Assembly: GCA_013239625.1 (NCBI GenBank)
Contig: MU053629.1
Span: 3,561,567-3,625,566 of the forward strand
Direction of reading: 5' to 3'
Length of the DNA: 64,000 bases
DNA from: Lama guanicoe
Lineage: Eukaryota
Shown: one piece after another, positions 59,236 to 64,000 of the stretch
Numbering within the stretch: the stretch's first letter is position 1
How the letters are laid out: each line of letters opens with the position of its first letter
The notes under the pieces: model-generated
Databases searched by the model: none
Seen by the model: only the letters and a program-made list of their open reading frames with translations
Told to the model about the DNA's origin: nothing
Position numbers and translations under genes: made by a program

Positions 59236-59654
59236 TAAAACTAGCCAATATTTTACATCTAACTGTGTGTTTATTCCTTCTCCGATTCCCCTGTGTCTCT
59301 CTTTCTACTGAGATCACCATTCTCCTGTTTGTATTTATCATTCCTTTTAAAAATAGTTTTTGTGTATGTGTATATATATATATGCAATATAAGCAATATG
59401 TTGTTTAATATTGCTTATTTTGAGCTTTATAAACATGATATCAAGCTGTATGCTGTCTGCTTGGGCTTGCTTTTCTCATTTCATGTTTTATTCTGTGATT
59501 CTTCCATGTTGTTTCACACAGCTGTAGTTTAGAAAATTTTCACTGTTCTATCCGATCCTTTACTGAATGTACCACAATTTATTTAACTGTTCTCTTGTTG
59601 ATGAACATTTGAAATGGCTTGAGGATTTTTTGCAACTCTGAACCATGCTGTTAT

Positions 59655-59770
59655 TGAGCATTCCTATATATGTATTTTATATATGCATTTTTAGATATGT
59701 ATTATTACGTATGTATTGATATATATAAATGTATTTATATATGTATTTATATATATATATATATATATAC
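59655..59770. repeat. (TA)n-rich low-complexity repeat
   Basis: Read directly from the sequence. Confidence 0.85.
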
Positions 59771-61149
59771 ATGAATAATCAAAAGAACAAAGACCTTGAA
59801 AAGACAGATGGAAAGAAATAGCCTTTGATGACAGCACTTCCCTTCACTCTAATATGAAGGATGAGGGGTTTAAATATAGGTATGTTATTAGGTTTTTGAT
59901 AGGAAGTTAAGTCTCAAAGAGGATGAGTGGGTTACTCTATGGCTGAAGTTTTCCCGGTAAGTGCAATGGAAAGAAAAATGGACAAGGGACTTGAAGTATT
60001 TACAGGAAGTTATCGATCTTAGAATATGAACTGAGTAGAGTAATGACAGGAGGAGACTGGGTGAAGGTGGAGGCTAAGTGAAATTGACCTCTGGATGGGG
60101 CCCAAGGTTTCTTTCCAGGAGAGCACTTGAGCAAGTAAGCCCATTGTGGTCAAAGAGTAGAGTGTTTAAATTTGTGATACTGGAGACTGTATCATGCGAA
60201 GGTCCAGGATCTCATCTGGGGTCTCCTTACTCCTCACAAGTTAAGCACAATTGATCCAAATCCCCATCACTTCCCTTTCTGTGGAAGTTGAGGGCCCTCC
60301 CAAGATTTTTGTAAATGCCCAGTGAGACTTAGGTTCTCAGGGTCATCTGGGCCTCTGAGTTCCTGAATCTCACATGCTATTTCTGTTCTAAATTGTTTCA
60401 ACTTGGGCCCTTTCTCCAGTTTCAACAATAAAAGTCGCTCATTCAATAGATGTAGACACTTTGTGGGGTTCCTAAAGAAAGTGTTACATCATTATCTGGC
60501 AAAGCCTTCATCTCCATGTCACCTTCCCAACTTTATGCTCTCCTTCCCATCTTTTCTGTTATGGAGACCAGTTTTCCATCTTCTTAAGCTTGGTGCTAAT
60601 TGACCCTCAGAAGAGGGGTAGGAGGCAATGCCTGTGGGTGCTCACCAACTTTAAGCACTTACTGAAATACAGTATTTTTCCCAGCAAGAACACTTCTCTC
60701 CCTAAGAGGACTTCAGTGCTATCAATTAAGGTAGTAAAATGTTCTTCACCTCCATTCAAATGGGATTTCATGGAAATGAAAGGTGATAAGGAAGTATACT
60801 CAAGGTGGGGTGGACTAGAAGTGAGCACTCAGCCATCTGACAGATTGAGGCCAGCACTATTTGACTTTCATGTCTCGTGCTTTTTAATTACTTCTTCTTT
60901 GTTCCCAATAGTAAGATATTTTGCACTTCTGAAAAAAAGATATTTGAAAAAAGGAAAAACGCTTTGGATTATTGTTGACTCTCATAATTTAAAAAAACAG
61001 TTTTAATGTTCAAATGTTTTAAAGATCACTCTCACCAGATGAGGGAGCTGGGGAGCTATCCCTTAAGCATGTTCATGATCAAGGAACATATTTTGAAGAT
61101 TCCAAGTTTTAGAGATGTTATTCAAAATATGAAAGAAAATTTCCCTGAT

Positions 61150-62210
61150 GCCATTTAAATGGCAAAAATTTCTTAGGCAGAACACAAAACACATGAACTA
61201 CAAAAGATTAATAAATCAGACTTCATAAAAATTAAAAACTTCTGTTTTTCAAAGATGGAAAGACAGAACACAGGCAGGGAGAAAATAGTTGTAAATAATA
61301 TATTTGACAAAGGACTTTTATCCAGAGTGTATTAAAGAAAAAACTCTTAAAACTCAATAATAAAACAAACAACCCAGTTCAAAAAGGGCAAAAGATTTAA
61401 ATGTTTCTTCGCCAAAGAAGAGAGATGACATTAAGTAAACATGTAAAAAGATGCTCAATATCGTTAGTCAGGAGGGAAGTATAAATTAAAACCACAATGA
61501 GATGCCACTACGCTTCCACTAGAATGGCTAACATTTTAAAAGACTGATCATACCAGATAATGGCAAAGATGCAGAACACCAGAACTCTCCTGCACTGCTG
61601 ATGGGGATATAAAATAGTTAAAACACTTTGGAAAATAGTTTGGAAGTTCCTTTAAAAGTTAAATATGCACCTACTATATGACCCAGCCATTTTACTCTTG
61701 GGTGTCCTGAGAGAAATGAAAACATACCCATCTAAACACTTGTACACAGACGTTTGTAGCAGCCTTATTTGTAATAGCCAAAAACAAACAAACAAACAAA
61801 AAACTAGAAATAACACAAATATTCATCAAAAGGTGAATAAATAAATTGCGGTATATCCATAAAATGGCACAGTGGTTAGCAGCAATCAATGGACTTTTGA
61901 CACACACAGCAACACAGGTGAACCTCAGTAATTATGCTCAGTGAAAGAAGCCAGGCCCCTCCCCCCAAAAAAAGGACATTAAAGAGGACATACCATATAA
62001 TTCCATTTATATAAAGTTCTAGAACAGGCAAACTGTAGTGGGGGCAATGGGCAGATGAGGGAGGAATTCTAAAGGAAACTTGGGGGATGTGTTTATTATC
62101 TTGATTGTGGTGATGGTTTCTTCATATATGATCAAAACCATTCAATTTTTATTCTTTCAATGTATGCCATCTGTCTTATGTGATTATGCCTCAATAGATC
62201 TGTTCAAAAA
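61150..62210 (+). mobile_element. Old L1M ORF2 end and 3' UTR
   Basis: aaaattaaaaacttctg, aaattaaaaccacaatgagat, tatgacccagc motifs; heavily degraded. Confidence 0.85.
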
Positions 62211-62756
62211 AGATTCAAAGTATGAGAGATGTTTTTAAAATACAGAAGAAAATTCCCCCAGTAGTATTTAAACTAATTTAAATATATTTATTGTGTTTCC
62301 AGTTCTCAGGGGTATTTAGCACTGAATTTGGGGCCTGTTCCCCTATAGAAGTTGAATAAATAGTCACTTTTTCTTCTTCTTTTTAATGTTTTTGTGTTAA
62401 AAACCAAACAAAACCAGACAAAAATCAAACAAATAAAAGAAGTACCACCATTATCAGAGGGGGAAGAAGAAGGGCCATGTGAATTAACTGATTATTTCAT
62501 TTTATACTTATTCTCTCCGACAGTCTTAACCCTTTGAGGTGAGAGTGCTTCTTTTCTATGTTTACATTGCAAACTGGCTACATGGCTTGAAGTAAGACAA
62601 AATAATTTCATGTGAAAAGAAATCATATTTTTTTTATTGCCAATGAGGAAAGAAAAGTTACGACAAAAAAGTTTTAAGTAAAAGCCTAGGAATATTTCTT
62701 TTTCATAAGAAAGCATTGCGATGCCGTTACAGATGGAGGTTGTTAGAAACTAAGGA

Positions 62757-62884
62757 GCGGGGAGGCTCTAGCTCGGTGGTAGAATGCATGCTTATTACGC
62801 ACAAGGTCCTGGGTTCAATCCCCAGTATCTCCATCAATAAGTAAATTAAACCTAATAACCAGCACGCTCAAAAAACCAACAAAA
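62757..62884 (+). mobile_element. Vic-1-like SINE
   Basis: Consensus head and tail; flanking repeat ctaagga. Confidence 0.88.
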
Positions 62885-63254
62885 CTTGCTAAGGATTTTT
62901 CCTTCTCTAAAATAGTACAATTCAATAAGTGTTTTTTACAGAAAGGATAGAAACACACATTAGAAGGATGGAACTTTCGTTTCAGTGAGCTCTCAGGCAG
63001 TGCCTGGGCTGGTGAGATGCTAGACCTGGGTTCTATCTGATATTTGCCACTGATTTACAGTGTAATCCAAACTTTTCTGGCTATCAATATCTTCTGTAAA
63101 ACAGAGATCAAATGAAAAAATATAGATAAGAAAAAAATAAATTTAAAAAAACCCCGAAAAACCAGATCACACTGGATCATGCTACTTGATTTACATGCCC
63201 TGAGACATTGTTTCCAGGAGCTGGTCAGAAAGAGAAGAGAGATTTATCCACTCA

Positions 63255-63800
63255 ACTAATATTTATTTTCTATAAGCCAGGTATGGTTCTCAGAGCCAGC
63301 GATGCAATGGAGAGCAAGACAGATGACGTCCCTCTCTTCCAACAGGGAACCAGAAAATAAAAAAGTAAATAAATAAAGAAGATAGTTAAAGGAGAAAAGA
63401 AAATGGTCACATGACAGAGAGTGACTAGAGGGACAATGTAGTAAGGATGAGGAAGTGGCATCTAGGCAGATTCTACAGCAAGAAGCAGGCAGCCAAGCAA
63501 AGAGCCAAGGGAAGACTGCTCCCCACTGAGTAAACAAGAACAAGCAGGTGTGCTCAGAAGGAGGAAAGAAGGTCACGGTGGCCAGAGTTCAGCGACTAAG
63601 AGGGAAAGTAGGATGAGGTGAGTTCTGGTGGAGGCAGAGCTGGGAAGTTCTAAACATAGTTTTGGAGATGGATATACTGGTGGGCCTTAAGCAGGCGACT
63701 AACGTTGCTTTGTTTATTTTTTAAGATCCTCCAGCTGCTCTATGGAGAATGGACTATTAGGAGGCCAGAGGGAAAGCAGAGGGCCAGTTTGGGAGATAGA
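63255..63800 (-). mobile_element. L2 LINE fragment
   Basis: tcaactaatatttatt...agccaggtatggttct start followed by purine-rich body. Confidence 0.65.
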
Positions 63801-64000
63801 ACTTAAAGGCAGGCTCACTCCTGATGTTTCCGGGGCCCCGAGAAGGGAATAAATGGAGGCCTAATACCAGCGCTTACATATGCAAAAGTTACCAGTTAAG
63901 CTGAGGTCCATGTAATAAAATATGTTCTATCTTCCTCTCTTGAAAAATACATTTTCATAACAGTGTGGAAGTCCAGGTTGGAATTTAGATTTCTCAGATT

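Noticed and set aside
9105..62884. tRNA-Ala-like sequences as true tRNA genes
   Set aside because: The copies carry SINE tails, often TSDs, and scattered stem mismatches, so they are SINEs.
1..64000. Prokaryote-type systems (CRISPR arrays, operons, defence islands) or foreign inserts
   Set aside because: There are no repeat-spacer arrays, no dense intronless ORFs and no unexplained compositional block. The window reads throughout as a mammalian two-gene locus.

Overview
This is mammalian genomic DNA, most likely from a camelid, judged from 13 copies of a tRNA-Ala-derived Vic-1-like SINE and from young L1 3' ends. It holds two complete, convergent genes. DIS3L (+ strand) has 17 coding exons over 11301-42576; the 3165-nt spliced CDS gives 1054 aa of the RNase II/R-family exosome catalytic subunit. 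TIPIN (- strand) has a non-coding exon 1 near 53788-53850 and 7 coding exons over 51635-44206; the 870-nt CDS gives 289 aa. Each gene has its own CpG-island promoter, and their 3' ends lie about 1 kb apart. TIPIN intron 6 hosts a box H/ACA scaRNA (SCARNA14/U100-like, ~47961-48098, -) that the ORF track cannot show; its guide pocket pairs around U6 U9. The rest is SINE, L1, L2, MIR, MaLR/ERV LTR and DNA-transposon sequence, often with clear target-site duplications (TSDs). I found no convincing new biological system. The best leads are the scaRNA and its competing fold, a remnant of the human TIPIN C-terminal tail in the 3' UTR, lineage-specific inverted repeats around DIS3L exons, a recursive-splice-like exon 12, and the BANP/E2F promoter module of TIPIN. 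Repeat subfamily names and orthologue comparisons come from memory, not from database searches.
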